Shown: piece after piece, positions 49,590 through 59,708 of the stretch
How positions within the stretch are numbered: the first letter of the stretch is position 1
Layout: every line of letters begins with the position of its first letter
Origin: Bacteriovoracaceae bacterium
GTDB taxonomy: Bacteria; Bdellovibrionota; Bacteriovoracia; Bacteriovoracales; Bacteriovoracaceae
DNA: 64,000 bases
Assembly: GCA_018649885.1 (NCBI GenBank)
Contig: JABIHA010000112.1
Coordinates: forward strand, 1 to 64,000
Direction: 5' to 3'
Made by a program: the position numbers and the translations under genes
Notes under the pieces: generated by a model
Databases searched by the model: none
What the model was told of the DNA's origin: nothing
What the model saw: only the letters and a program-made list of their open reading frames with translations

Positions 49590-51948
49590 TCTCCTAGACG
49601 AAATTAATATTGATATCTCGAGAATCGTCGAAAGTGACGATAATGAGGTCGCGTATTATATCGGAAGAGCTGAAGACTGCCATATTCTTTTAGAGGATCC
49701 TTTAATTTCAAGATATCATGCAAAAATTGTCAAGAGTGGTGAAGGTTGGATGATTTTTAAAGAGTCTGAGTTTGCCGACCTAAGAATCAATGGAAACACA
49801 ATCAAAGAATACAATATTAAAAATGGGGATATATTAAATATTCCCCCATATTCTATTGGTTTTATGATTAATCAAAACGAAGTGCTCTCTGACACTTCAG
49901 CTGATGATATCAGTGAAGAGATTAGTACTGAGCCAGTTGCAGCCGAAGTTTCTGAGCAAGAAATTGTGCCTCAACCTGAAGATACTTTAGATGATCTAAT
50001 ATCTTCTGATTCAGATGCACCTGAAGCTGTTGAGTTTGTAGATGAAGTTAAAGATGGGCAAGAGGGTGATGAGGCCAGTGTTCTTGAATCAGATTTTAAA
50101 TTGGCCTCAGATATAGAAGAGGAAGGGGACGGAGAAAACTTTGAATTTGGAGAAGAGGGAGATAGTGATGGAGACTACTCCGAGGATTCAAGCGATGAAG
50201 GCCATGGTGATTCAGATGATGAGGGAGGTTTCGATGATGATGGAAGTTTCGATGATGAAATGGAGCTTTCTGATGAAGGGGACCAATCTGTAGAAGACTA
50301 TGATCCTCAGACGCAACAATTTCAATCTTTTGCCAATTTCTCTCTTAAGTTATCAGGAGAGTTTGCACCCTATGATAAATATACATTAGAAGACAACGAA
50401 GTCTTTTTTGGAAGAGATCCCAGTAAATGTAAAGTCCTATTATCAGATACAGAAGTTTCAAGTGTTCACGCGGCCATTAGGAAAAAAGGTTTGGCCTGTG
50501 AATTAGAAGATTTAAATTCTAGTAATGGCACTATCTTGAATGGCGAGAGAATTAATAAGGCGATGCTAAGGCCAGGGGATGAATTTTTAATCGGTAGTAC
50601 TTCATTTATCCTAGAAATTGATTCTGATTTACTTAAAAGTGAAGAAGATAGGTTGATGCCTGTTGAAGAAAATCAAATAATTGAAAGAGAAGAAATAATA
50701 GAAGAGGAAGTGAGTCTGCTTGAAGACGATGAAGACTCGTCCGAGTTAAATATAGATTTCGACACTCAGGCGGAAGGTGGTAAAGCTGGTAAACAATCAA
50801 TATTAGAAAAGCTAAAAACACTTGATAGAAAACAATTACTAATTGGGGTGGTGATAGTTTTAGGTGCTTTAAGCTTTTTAGGAGATGACGATAATCCAGA
50901 TACCGCAAGCAGTACAAAGAAAGGCGAAAAAGAAGGCAAGAGCAGAAAAATTGGTAAGGGAGGTGATGCTAAAGACAAAGGCAAAAACGATGCCGATGAG
51001 AAGAATAAAAGTGCCAATATTACAAAAGCAGCACTCGCAAGACTTTCAGATGAACAAAAATCTAATTTAAATAGTCGCTATATTTTGGGGAAAGATTTGC
51101 TGGAAAGAGGAAAATATAAAGAAGCTATCTATGAACTAGAGGAAGTAAGTAAGGTTGTTCCGGGTTATAAAGAAACGACGAACTACTTAAAGTTCGCAAA
51201 TGAGGGATTAGCTGAAGTTGAGGCTGAAGCAAAAAAGATTCAAGAGCAGCTTGAGCGCGACAGAAGGGCCAAAAGGGTTAAGGAATTAGTGACGCTAGCT
51301 AAAGAATCAGTGAAGAAAAAAGAGGTGATTCCCTCTGAAGCCTATTTCGCTCAAATATTAGAGCTTGATCCTGAAAACCTAGACGTACCATCTTTGAAGA
51401 TGCAACTTGATGCCTTTAAAAAGGAAAAAGAGCGAAAAGAAATAGAGTTAGCTCAGAAAAAATCAGAAAGAGATAGGCAGGTAAATAGCTTAGCTCCGGG
51501 GAAAACGGCTTACTTAAAAAAAGAATGGTTTAAATCCATTGTTAAGTTAGAAGAGTTTTTGCGTTTAAAAAACCTTGATGAGGACCTTGTAAAAGAAGCC
51601 TCTGCGATGCTTGATACTTCAAAAAAGAGTTTAGATAGTTTGATTTCTCCGATTCTTGGAAAGGCGAGATCCCTTAAAGAAGGACAAGATTTAAAGGGTG
51701 CTTATCAATCATACTTTGAAGTTATGAAGATTGATCCATCCAATGTTGAGGCCTTGAATCAAACTTCTAATATTAGTGATATTTTAGAGCATAGGGCCAG
51801 GGTTGCTTATAGGGGTGCCTTGATTTCTGAATCCCTTAGTCTCTATGAAGAAGCTAAAGAAAAGTTTCAAGAGGTCAAACAGATTTCCCCTGTTGATAGC
51901 TCATACTATAAAAAAGCAGATTTAAAGCTTAAGAAATACCTGGAGTAG
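49561..51948 (+). CDS. Tandem-FHA, acidic linker, TM, TPR protein
   Basis: FHA1 IGRAEDC..ISRYHA; FHA2 FGRD..VSSVHA..SSNGT; D/E-rich linker; TM; TPR repeats (LELDPEN, KIDPSN); start uncertain (49534 or 49561). Confidence 0.8.
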   Translation: MILSVYKGSNLLDEINIDISRIVESDDNEVAYYIGRAEDCHILLEDPLISRYHAKIVKSGEGWMIFKESEFADLRINGNTIKEYNIKNGDILNIPPYSIGFMINQNEVLSDTSADDISEEISTEPVAAEVSEQEIVPQPEDTLDDLISSDSDAPEAVEFVDEVKDGQEGDEASVLESDFKLASDIEEEGDGENFEFGEEGDSDGDYSEDSSDEGHGDSDDEGGFDDDGSFDDEMELSDEGDQSVEDYDPQTQQFQSFANFSLKLSGEFAPYDKYTLEDNEVFFGRDPSKCKVLLSDTEVSSVHAAIRKKGLACELEDLNSSNGTILNGERINKAMLRPGDEFLIGSTSFILEIDSDLLKSEEDRLMPVEENQIIEREEIIEEEVSLLEDDEDSSELNIDFDTQAEGGKAGKQSILEKLKTLDRKQLLIGVVIVLGALSFLGDDDNPDTASSTKKGEKEGKSRKIGKGGDAKDKGKNDADEKNKSANITKAALARLSDEQKSNLNSRYILGKDLLERGKYKEAIYELEEVSKVVPGYKETTNYLKFANEGLAEVEAEAKKIQEQLERDRRAKRVKELVTLAKESVKKKEVIPSEAYFAQILELDPENLDVPSLKMQLDAFKKEKERKEIELAQKKSERDRQVNSLAPGKTAYLKKEWFKSIVKLEEFLRLKNLDEDLVKEASAMLDTSKKSLDSLISPILGKARSLKEGQDLKGAYQSYFEVMKIDPSNVEALNQTSNISDILEHRARVAYRGALISESLSLYEEAKEKFQEVKQISPVDSSYYKKADLKLKKYLE

Positions 51949-51955
51949 AATACTT

Positions 51956-52696
51956 ATGATCAAAATAAAATCATATGCTGCTGAAACAAACTCGGGACCT
52001 TATTTAAATATAAATGAGGATGGCTACCTTATTGATTTAGCAAATAAGCTCTTTGTGATTTTTGATGGATTTGGTGGTTCAGGTATCGGAGATAAAGTAG
52101 TTGAGGTGCTCAAAGGAGATATTGCACATTTCTACACAAAATTTGGAGGAGATCCAGATTCGACTATGCCATTTTACTTCAGTCATAAATACCTACTGGA
52201 GGGAAATGCCTTAATTAATTCACTCCGTTTCTCCCATAAAAACTTATTAAAGAAAAATTCTAACATTGCCCCTAACCAAAGAGGTGGAGCAAGTGCCATC
52301 GCCATGTCTTTTTCTGAAAATATTTGTACCCTTGCTGGAACAGGAAACTGTAAGGCCTATTTAATTAGAAAAGGCAGATTAAAATGTTTGGTGGACGATG
52401 ATTCCATCAGGTGGGTTGTGGGTGACGATTATCACAAAGAAAATTTGACCTGCCCTATGAGTGGTTTCGGCCTATTTGAAGATTTACATCTGAAGGTTAC
52501 CGAGGTTAAGCCTGTCCAGGACGATGTCTTGCTTTTTTTAACAGACGGTACTTATGCTCGACTGGAAGAGGAAGAGCTTCTTTACTTTGCTCTCAAAAGT
52601 GATTTAACTCCAAGCGAAAGAATCGGTAAGCTTTTCTCATTGGCCAATGAAAGGGGAAACCACGACAACCAGTCGGGCTTATTGATGCAATTTTGA
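51956..52696 (+). CDS. PP2C/PrpC-family Ser/Thr protein phosphatase
   Basis: NEDG, FDGFGG, LTDG, RGNHDN metal-binding motifs. Confidence 0.82.
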   Translation: MIKIKSYAAETNSGPYLNINEDGYLIDLANKLFVIFDGFGGSGIGDKVVEVLKGDIAHFYTKFGGDPDSTMPFYFSHKYLLEGNALINSLRFSHKNLLKKNSNIAPNQRGGASAIAMSFSENICTLAGTGNCKAYLIRKGRLKCLVDDDSIRWVVGDDYHKENLTCPMSGFGLFEDLHLKVTEVKPVQDDVLLFLTDGTYARLEEEELLYFALKSDLTPSERIGKLFSLANERGNHDNQSGLLMQF

Positions 52697-52769
52697 TTCC
52701 CTGCGACATATCGCTATAACAATTTGAAAAAACATCTAAATACCGTAGAATAAGTTCGTAGGGAGTTTT

Positions 52770-54284
52770 ATGTCCAAGCGGATTTTAATTGCAGACGATA
52801 GTGTGACTATTCAAAAAGTCATCAAGATTACACTGGCCGAGCAGTCGTGGGACCTTGAGGTTTGTAGTAGTGAGGAGCAGCTATTTGCTAATCTTGAAGG
52901 TGCAGATCTTCTACTCCTGGACTTTTCTCTCAGTGAAACGAGATCTGGCTATGATTTAGTTAAGCAAGTGAAGAGTGAATCCCCAAACACTAGTATATTA
53001 ATGATGTTTGGCACTTTCGATACAATTGATGACTCTGCATTAAAAGAAGCTCAAGTTGATGATAAAGTAATAAAGCCTTTTGATAGCTCAAAGTTTGCAA
53101 ATTTATGTATTAGTCTGACTTCTGGAAAAGATGCAGAAGCACCAGATATTTTCATAGCTCCAGACCAGGAAAATGGAGACAGTGATCCTATGAATGAGGG
53201 ATCAGTATTTGATGAAGATGATGGTCAAAGTTTTCCTTCTGAAATAGATCCACCAACTCAAGAAATAGATTTAAGTGATTTAAATAGCGAATCTGAAGAA
53301 GATCTTTGGGAGATAGATTCCTCTGCGGTAGCTGATGAAGGTGATAGTGCATCTGAAGAAAATATCTTAGATGATCCACTACCTTTAAACGAGCCGCCTT
53401 CTGAAGATAAGCTTTTAAGTGAAATTCAAGACTGGGGTATCGAAATACCTGGTGTCATCGGCGATATTGAAAGCAGTGATAATGAACTTCCTCCAATTAT
53501 TGGGGACAGCACTGCTGATAATGAATCTTTGTTAAGTGATCTTCCTCCAGGCCCCATCGATGATCTTCCTAGCGGTGATAGTATTTTACCAGTGGATAGT
53601 GATCTCGAATATCCAGACCTTGAAATGGGTTCCGTGGATGGGAGTCTTGAAAAACTTCCAGATTCAACTGATCTTGAATACCCGGATGTGGGAGTAGTGA
53701 GTGAAGAAACCCTTGAGCTTGAAGGCCCTGGCGAGGGGAGTGGGAATTTTGATCATATAAAACTCGATGCAGATCTGATCCCATTAGATCAGCTTAATAG
53801 TGGTGAAGAGGAATATGAAGAAGAGTTTTCTTTTGGTTCACCTCCCATATCTAGTGTTGGCACTGACTCTGAAGAGGGTGTGAAGGAAATCCAAGAAAAG
53901 ATTAAGGATGAAGAAGAGGAAGAAGAGTTTTGGTCTGTGGATGAGTCCGCAGTTAAAGAAACTCCTGAAGTAAAAGAGGCGAGTTTAGACGATTTTGATG
54001 AAATCGATAGACCTGATTTCTTAGAAGAACCCACTGCATGTGGCCCATCTTCTATCTCTATGGATTCAATTGATTCAGGTGCAATAGCAGAGGAGTCACT
54101 AGATTTATCTGGCATTGAAGAAAAAATGACAGCAGAATTGACTCCAATTATTGAAAAAATAGTTAGACAATATTGCCAGCAAACTCTAGAAAAAGTTGCT
54201 TGGGAAGTTATTCCCGATTTAGCTGAAAATATTATTAAACAAGAACTAAAAAAAATATCTGATGATGTTCTTTCAAACCAGTAA
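52770..54284 (+). CDS. romR: RomR-like polar response regulator
   Basis: N-terminal receiver (IADDS, LLLD, KPF), long acidic Pro-rich linker, C-terminal helix EKVAWEVIPDLAENII.QE characteristic of RomR. Confidence 0.78.
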   Translation: MSKRILIADDSVTIQKVIKITLAEQSWDLEVCSSEEQLFANLEGADLLLLDFSLSETRSGYDLVKQVKSESPNTSILMMFGTFDTIDDSALKEAQVDDKVIKPFDSSKFANLCISLTSGKDAEAPDIFIAPDQENGDSDPMNEGSVFDEDDGQSFPSEIDPPTQEIDLSDLNSESEEDLWEIDSSAVADEGDSASEENILDDPLPLNEPPSEDKLLSEIQDWGIEIPGVIGDIESSDNELPPIIGDSTADNESLLSDLPPGPIDDLPSGDSILPVDSDLEYPDLEMGSVDGSLEKLPDSTDLEYPDVGVVSEETLELEGPGEGSGNFDHIKLDADLIPLDQLNSGEEEYEEEFSFGSPPISSVGTDSEEGVKEIQEKIKDEEEEEEFWSVDESAVKETPEVKEASLDDFDEIDRPDFLEEPTACGPSSISMDSIDSGAIAEESLDLSGIEEKMTAELTPIIEKIVRQYCQQTLEKVAWEVIPDLAENIIKQELKKISDDVLSNQ

Positions 54285-54286
54285 AA

Positions 54287-54997
54287 CTATAAAATTCTAA
54301 GTGAACCGCTATAAATTTCTATAGGTTTTTTACTACTTAAGGGAAGTACAATGGCCTGGCCTATTTCACCAATACCGAGAAAATTACCACAAGTTTTGTT
54401 AGCATCATCAATGACCTCTATCTCTTTATTTAAGTGACAACAATAAGAGTTCCATTTTGTGATAATTTGTTCACACGTCTTTCTATTTTTTAAAATAAAA
54501 TTAAAAATGTCTAAGGGGACCGACTTTTGTGGATGTTCAATCTCACTTTTGATTTTAACAAAAGAATGTGGGTAATCAAAATTAGCATTTTCATCAAAAT
54601 TTTCTACGCATTGTATATTGATACCAATGCCTACTGCGATAACTCCACCGGTATTGTGACAAATTATGCCTCCTACTTTTTGGCACTCAGGAGTTAGTAA
54701 ATCATTTGGCCACTTCAAAGCGAGTTTAACATTGTGGTGCTGTTGAAAATATTCAACCAAAAGCACTCCTATTTCGAGTGAGGTTAGGGTGACTTGTTCG
54801 CAGGCCTTAAGCGCTATAGAAAAAGCTAATGAGTTTTGAAATTGCACCCACTGGTTTTTTCCTCTTCCTCTACCTGTTTCTTGGTTTTCAGTGGAGATTA
54901 GGGTTGGGTTTTGTAGGTAGTTCCCAGTAGATCTTTTAATATCCTCTATTAAAAGGTCTTGGGTTGAGCTGCAGCTTTTGCGGTGTACATGATTCAT
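54287..54997 (-). CDS. birA: Biotin--protein ligase (monofunctional, no HTH)
   Basis: STQ, Q..GRGR...W, KWPND, KVGGI, GIGIN. Confidence 0.9.
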   Translation of the reverse strand: MNHVHRKSCSSTQDLLIEDIKRSTGNYLQNPTLISTENQETGRGRGKNQWVQFQNSLAFSIALKACEQVTLTSLEIGVLLVEYFQQHHNVKLALKWPNDLLTPECQKVGGIICHNTGGVIAVGIGINIQCVENFDENANFDYPHSFVKIKSEIEHPQKSVPLDIFNFILKNRKTCEQIITKWNSYCCHLNKEIEVIDDANKTCGNFLGIGEIGQAIVLPLSSKKPIEIYSGSLRIL

Positions 54998-55053
54998 AAA
55001 TTGTGTAATATCAGATTACTTTGACATTGAACAAATTTCATAAGAGGTGCTTT

Positions 55054-55761
55054 GTGTCGTCAATCAAAAGAGATAAACCAAGAGAAATTCTATTTACTCC
55101 AAATATTAACCCCTACGCAACAGGTAGTGTCATGGCTGAGTTTGGAAATACCAAAGTCCATATCACTGCGACTGTAGAAGATGATGTTCCAGGTTGGCTA
55201 AGGGGAAGAGGAACTGGCTGGGTAACAGCAGAATACAGTATGCTTCCAGGTTCCACTCATGACCGAGTAAGAAGAGAAAGAAAGGGTACCGGGGGCAGAA
55301 CAATGGAGATTCAGCGTCTTATAGCGAGATGTTTGAGAGCTGCCGTTGATATGGAAAAATTAGGTGAGAGACTTATTACTGTTGACTGTGATGTTTTAGT
55401 TGCCGATGGCGGAACAAGGACCACAAGTATTTCTGGTGGCTATATCGCTCTGGCCATAGCCATTAATAAACTTCTTAAAGACGGGGTTATAGAAACAAAT
55501 CCACTTGTCCATCAGGTAGCTGCACTAAGTGTGGGGATTAACTCAGATGGAGATGTCATTGCCGATTTAAACTATGAAGAGGACAGCAGCTGTCACACTG
55601 ACATGAATGTTGTCATGACTCAAAGTGGGGATTTTGTTGAGGTTCAAGGAACTGCAGAAGGAAAACCATTTACACCAACACAGCTTGAAAATCTTCTCAC
55701 TTGCTCGAAGACTGCCATGGAGCCAATTTTCAAGGCCCAAAATGAGATAATTAATCAGTGA
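55054..55761 (+). CDS. rph: Ribonuclease PH
   Basis: GWVTAEYSMLP, GRTMEIQRLI, ADGGTRT, DLNYEEDS; GTG 55054 with GAGG SD. Confidence 0.96.
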   Translation: MSSIKRDKPREILFTPNINPYATGSVMAEFGNTKVHITATVEDDVPGWLRGRGTGWVTAEYSMLPGSTHDRVRRERKGTGGRTMEIQRLIARCLRAAVDMEKLGERLITVDCDVLVADGGTRTTSISGGYIALAIAINKLLKDGVIETNPLVHQVAALSVGINSDGDVIADLNYEEDSSCHTDMNVVMTQSGDFVEVQGTAEGKPFTPTQLENLLTCSKTAMEPIFKAQNEIINQ

Positions 55762-56360
55762 TTGAATTAGTACTGGCCAGTGGAAATTTACATAAAGCAG
55801 AGGAGATTAACTCTCTTCTCGACAATGGTATTTTTCAGGTGCTGGCGCCTAAAGAAAAAATAGAAGTTGATGAAAATGGTGATTCCTTTGAAAAAAATGC
55901 TTACCTTAAGGCTAACGCATATTACCAATTAGAAAAAAGCCCGGTCCTCTCTGATGACTCTGGTCTCATTGTGGAAGTGCTTCCAGGAGAGCTTGGTATA
56001 CACTCTGCTCGGTTTGGAGGAGAGGGCCTGGATGACAGGGGAAGAGCGGAGCTTTTGCTTGAAAAGATGAAAGATGTACCGGAGGAGAATAGGTCTGCCT
56101 ATTTTGTATGTTTTTTATGCTTTTATTTAAGTAAAGATGAAGTCTACTTTTTTGAAGGTCGGCTGAGTGGAAGTATTGGAACTGAGTATAGCGGAAGCGG
56201 AGGCTTTGGTTATGATCCAGTTTTTATTCCAAAGAAGGGTGTTTCAGGCCTTAGTTTGGCCAGCCAAACGGACTTCAAGGACAAAAACTCACATCGCGCG
56301 CTCGCTTGCCTAGCAGCAAATAAATTTTTTTCCGGAAAGTTGGGTTTAGATAGGCCGTAG
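55758..56360 (+). CDS. rdgB: dITP/XTP pyrophosphatase
   Basis: ASGN.HK..E, DDSGL, GFGYDP, SHR; follows rph. Confidence 0.95.
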   Translation: MIELVLASGNLHKAEEINSLLDNGIFQVLAPKEKIEVDENGDSFEKNAYLKANAYYQLEKSPVLSDDSGLIVEVLPGELGIHSARFGGEGLDDRGRAELLLEKMKDVPEENRSAYFVCFLCFYLSKDEVYFFEGRLSGSIGTEYSGSGGFGYDPVFIPKKGVSGLSLASQTDFKDKNSHRALACLAANKFFSGKLGLDRP

Positions 56361-56419
56361 GTAGTGCAAATTAATTTACAAAATGGTATGAATTTTATAG
56401 TTAATGCAAAAGTTTAAGT

Positions 56420-56494
<75 letters not shown>

Positions 56495-56496
<2 letters not shown>

Positions 56497-56813
56497 CCTT
56501 ATGCGGTAAAATGTGCTAGCAGCACATTTTAGTGCTATGAGGTATGTGAAAGAGGTGGAATCCCCATTCCACCGAGCATAAACCACCCGAAATACAGGGC
56601 TTGGTTAGCCCCAGAATTTAAATTCCACATATTTTCTAGTTAAAGCTCACACGATAAAACTCCATATCTACACCTACCAGAAACACCTTTTGCAGCATAA
56701 ATGCGCAAGCATTTATGAAGCATAGAGGTATGTGAATGAGGTGGAATCCCCATTCCACCGGGCATAAGCCTCCAGAAATACAAAGCTTATTAGCCCCAGA
56801 ATTTAAAATTCCA
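56495..56813 (+). repeat. Two imperfect structured direct repeats (period 186 nt) downstream of tRNA-Pro
   Basis: Core GAGGTATGTGAAwGAGGTGGAATCCCCATTCCACCGrGCATAA...GAAATACA...TTAGCCCCAGAATTTAAA at 56539 and 56725; each copy is preceded by a different hairpin. Confidence 0.9.
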
Positions 56814-56897
56814 AACACTCCCAACAAAACCTCACAACAAAATCTTAAACCCCCAAACCCTTTCCAATCCACAATGAAACCCACTATCATCCCCCCC

Positions 56898-57521
56898 ATG
56901 CAATTCTACAAACTCTACAACCAAGAAAATTACAGCGAAGTCGAAAACTTAATAAAATTTTGCACAACCTGTAATTTAATCACCAGTGATCAAAACCAAA
57001 TTCAAACCGGATTATTTAATCCGATTTTTACAAATGGAAAACTCTATCTCCATTTAAATAAAAAAGATCAGCAAGTTACTCATATGAAAAACACCAATAG
57101 TGCCACCATGGTTTTTCAAGATGTTCTTGCACAATTCCCCTCCTATTGGGCGGATGAAAATTACGCGGGAGCTGCAACTACTTATTACAGATATGCTGAG
57201 CTAAACTGCAAGGTTAGTTTCTTCGACGATCCAAATCAACAGATTCCAATTTTGGAGAGTATGATGGTGGATTATCAACCAGAAGGAAAATATCAAAAAA
57301 TAAGTTATGATAATCCCATATACACTAAAAAATTAGATATGATTTTAATCGCTGATTTTGAAATCATAGACTTTAAAGCGAAGTGGAAGCTTGGTCAGAA
57401 TCGTCCTGTAGAATTTAGAAAAGAAATTTCAGAAAAATTTAGAGCTAGAAATGAGGGAAGTGATAAAAGATGTGCCGATGAAATTGAAAAATGGATTGGC
57501 CAGCATTGTGGAAATTTATGA
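56898..57521 (+). CDS. PaiB-like FMN-binding split-barrel protein
   Basis: HL...D.Q, PSYW, T.YY, K.KLGQNR; ATG 56898 preferred since the upstream extension runs through the repeat. Confidence 0.75.
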   Translation: MQFYKLYNQENYSEVENLIKFCTTCNLITSDQNQIQTGLFNPIFTNGKLYLHLNKKDQQVTHMKNTNSATMVFQDVLAQFPSYWADENYAGAATTYYRYAELNCKVSFFDDPNQQIPILESMMVDYQPEGKYQKISYDNPIYTKKLDMILIADFEIIDFKAKWKLGQNRPVEFRKEISEKFRARNEGSDKRCADEIEKWIGQHCGNL

Positions 57522-58048
57522 GTGATCAACTTATATTAAGATCTCTTTCAAATGGTGATGAAGCTTCCTTTTTAGAGGCCCGGGAGAAGTGGGTTAATGA
57601 CGGGGTGGAATTCTCCTCAGCATATGATCCGAAAATGGATTGGTATGAGTATTTAAGTTTACTGCACGAAAGAAATTTTGCAAAAGATCTCCTCGAGGGT
57701 CGTGTCGCCGATACTAATTTGTATGGGTTTCTGGGAAAAAAAATTGTAGGGCGAGTTTCAATTAGGCATACACTCAATAGTTTTCTAAAAAACTATGGTG
57801 GCCATATTGGATATGGCATTTTACCCGAATATCGAAGGAGGGGATTTGCCACTGAGATGCTAAGGCAATCACTTTCTTTTTGTAGGGGGTTAGGAATAAA
57901 AAAGGCCCTAGTTACATGTGATGATGACAATATCGGTTCTATTAAAACCATTGAGAGAAATGGTGGTGTTCTAGAGACAACTTATAAGAATGAACAGTTT
58001 AATGTCTTTACAAGAAAGTACTGGATTGAAATAAAGGGTGAAATTTGA
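57518..58048 (+). CDS. GNAT-family N-acetyltransferase
   Basis: GRVSIRH.L, GGHIGYGI.P.YRRRGFA, TCDDDN.GS.KTIE.NGG. Confidence 0.9.
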   Translation: MSDQLILRSLSNGDEASFLEAREKWVNDGVEFSSAYDPKMDWYEYLSLLHERNFAKDLLEGRVADTNLYGFLGKKIVGRVSIRHTLNSFLKNYGGHIGYGILPEYRRRGFATEMLRQSLSFCRGLGIKKALVTCDDDNIGSIKTIERNGGVLETTYKNEQFNVFTRKYWIEIKGEI

Positions 58049-58557
58049 AGCACTATAGAATATTTAAATCTAGGATTGGTTGGGTTGGTCTTGTTTGGAG
58101 TAAGCAAAAGCTATTAAAATTGGAGCTTCCCCATACCAGCAAGGCCAGTGCTAAAACCTACCTTCTAAAAAATCACCAGCAGGCTTGTATATCCTCAGAC
58201 AATCCACAATGGGTTAATGGTTTTGTGGATAAACTCAGTAAATACTTTGATGGCGAGACTGTGAGCTTTTCTTCTATCCCAATCGATGTCAGTGGCATGA
58301 CGGAGTTTCAGCAAAAAGTTTATGCAGGGGCCAGAAAAATAGGATATGGAAAAGTTGTCAAATATGGTGATCTTGCAAAAGCCATTGGATCAGCGGGGGC
58401 CTTTCGTGCTGTTGGTGGGGCCTTGGGGAAAAATCCGGTTCCAATAGTTGTTCCATGTCACCGAATTATGGCCGCAAACGGAATTGGTGGGTTTAGTGCC
58501 CCTGGTGGTACGACCACTAAAAAGGTGTTACTCAAATTAGAAGGCTACACTATTTAA
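58045..58557 (+). CDS. ogt: Methylated-DNA--protein-cysteine methyltransferase
   Basis: FQQKV, RAVGGA..NP.PI.VPCHR. Confidence 0.93.
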   Translation: MKHYRIFKSRIGWVGLVWSKQKLLKLELPHTSKASAKTYLLKNHQQACISSDNPQWVNGFVDKLSKYFDGETVSFSSIPIDVSGMTEFQQKVYAGARKIGYGKVVKYGDLAKAIGSAGAFRAVGGALGKNPVPIVVPCHRIMAANGIGGFSAPGGTTTKKVLLKLEGYTI

Positions 58558-59708
58558 GCAGTTTTAAATCTAAATACTTCTTTTTCTACTGCCAGCTCTT
58601 TTTTACCTTTAGTCGTTTCTGACTTCATAAAGTCACGGTGTTCATGGCCTTCTCGTGTTGTCTTGCAATAGGCATTAAAAATGAGATTTATAAGGCTTGC
58701 GAACTGATCTTTTGACATAGGAAAATGAAAACCAACCTTATCGGCAAGGTTTGCAACCTTCCTGGCCATAGAACCACCAAATTCCATTCCATCAACTCCA
58801 ATTTCTGCTAAGTCAGATTCAATCTGAACAAATACTGGAAGTGCTGGAAGAATGAGTGAGAATCGTCTGATCCTTCGTATTGGGCTATGTTTTTCCCAAA
58901 AACTCATGGGAAATTCTTTAAAGTAATTTGTGGGAAGAGCTGTATGCCTTGACTCATCTAAATGGAATAAGCGAAGTATTTCAAGACCAGGAAGATGGGA
59001 GAGCATTCCAAAAAGATTGAGAGCGAACCCTTCAACTACAACATTCATAGCAAAAAATTTCTCAAGACCTTTAGATTTAAACCCTCTTTCAAGTAGCACA
59101 TACTCCCAAGCAGACAATCTTGGTATTTCCACATCAAAAGCTCTAACTATTTCTCTAAGTACAACAAAGTGCTTTGCTTCCTCTAGGACTTGAGCAGTAA
59201 GGGCAGCTCTTCCCCCAGTACTTTTTACTTCATTTAATATTTCAGTGGAAACCATCCAGGCGTATGCCTCACCATGACCAATTAATGCCAAAATATTGGC
59301 AATTGCTTTTCTTTCATCAAGTGAATATGTTTTTTTTAAGAAATCTTTATAATCGGAGTTCGAAATTCTTTGGTATTCTTTTTTCTCTTCTTCATTAAAT
59401 GATGATTTTGCTAATTGGATAAGTTCTACTTCCCCGTTTGTGCAGTCATCAAAGCTAGACCACGGTGCGTGTTCTTGTGCCTTCCAAAGAAGTTTTAAAC
59501 TCTTATCATAGTGTTTTTTTCTTAAGCCATCTTTTTCTCCACCAAAAAATTGATAGTTATAGTCATCATAGTTTCCCTTTCTACCACCAAGGCCAATTGT
59601 GCCCATTATTGAATCAAAGCTTCTGACTAGTGTGTTGGCGATATTTTCAATTTTTTCATGATTTTCAATAACTTTTTGATTCTTTGGAAGTTTTTTAAAT
59701 AAACTCAT
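58554..59708 (-). CDS. Ferritin-like diiron four-helix-bundle protein
   Basis: Ligand pattern E (GEAYA), ExxH (EEAKH), E (VVEG), ExxH (DESRH); start 59708 or 59735. Confidence 0.75.
   Translation of the reverse strand: MSLFKKLPKNQKVIENHEKIENIANTLVRSFDSIMGTIGLGGRKGNYDDYNYQFFGGEKDGLRKKHYDKSLKLLWKAQEHAPWSSFDDCTNGEVELIQLAKSSFNEEEKKEYQRISNSDYKDFLKKTYSLDERKAIANILALIGHGEAYAWMVSTEILNEVKSTGGRAALTAQVLEEAKHFVVLREIVRAFDVEIPRLSAWEYVLLERGFKSKGLEKFFAMNVVVEGFALNLFGMLSHLPGLEILRLFHLDESRHTALPTNYFKEFPMSFWEKHSPIRRIRRFSLILPALPVFVQIESDLAEIGVDGMEFGGSMARKVANLADKVGFHFPMSKDQFASLINLIFNAYCKTTREGHEHRDFMKSETTKGKKELAVEKEVFRFKTA

Noticed and set aside
50100..50290. DNA tandem repeat in the GAT/GAA-rich stretch
   Set aside because: Explained by the Asp/Glu/Gly-rich coding linker of the FHA protein
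56736..56897. N-terminal extension of the PaiB-like ORF, and the antisense ORF 56636-56899
   Set aside because: Both run through the repeat and the G-free tract, giving low-complexity translations; the recognisable domain starts at ATG 56898
56820..56897. G-quadruplex on the minus strand
   Set aside because: G-runs are present, but any set of four needs a loop of about 19 nt or more; not supportable without experiment
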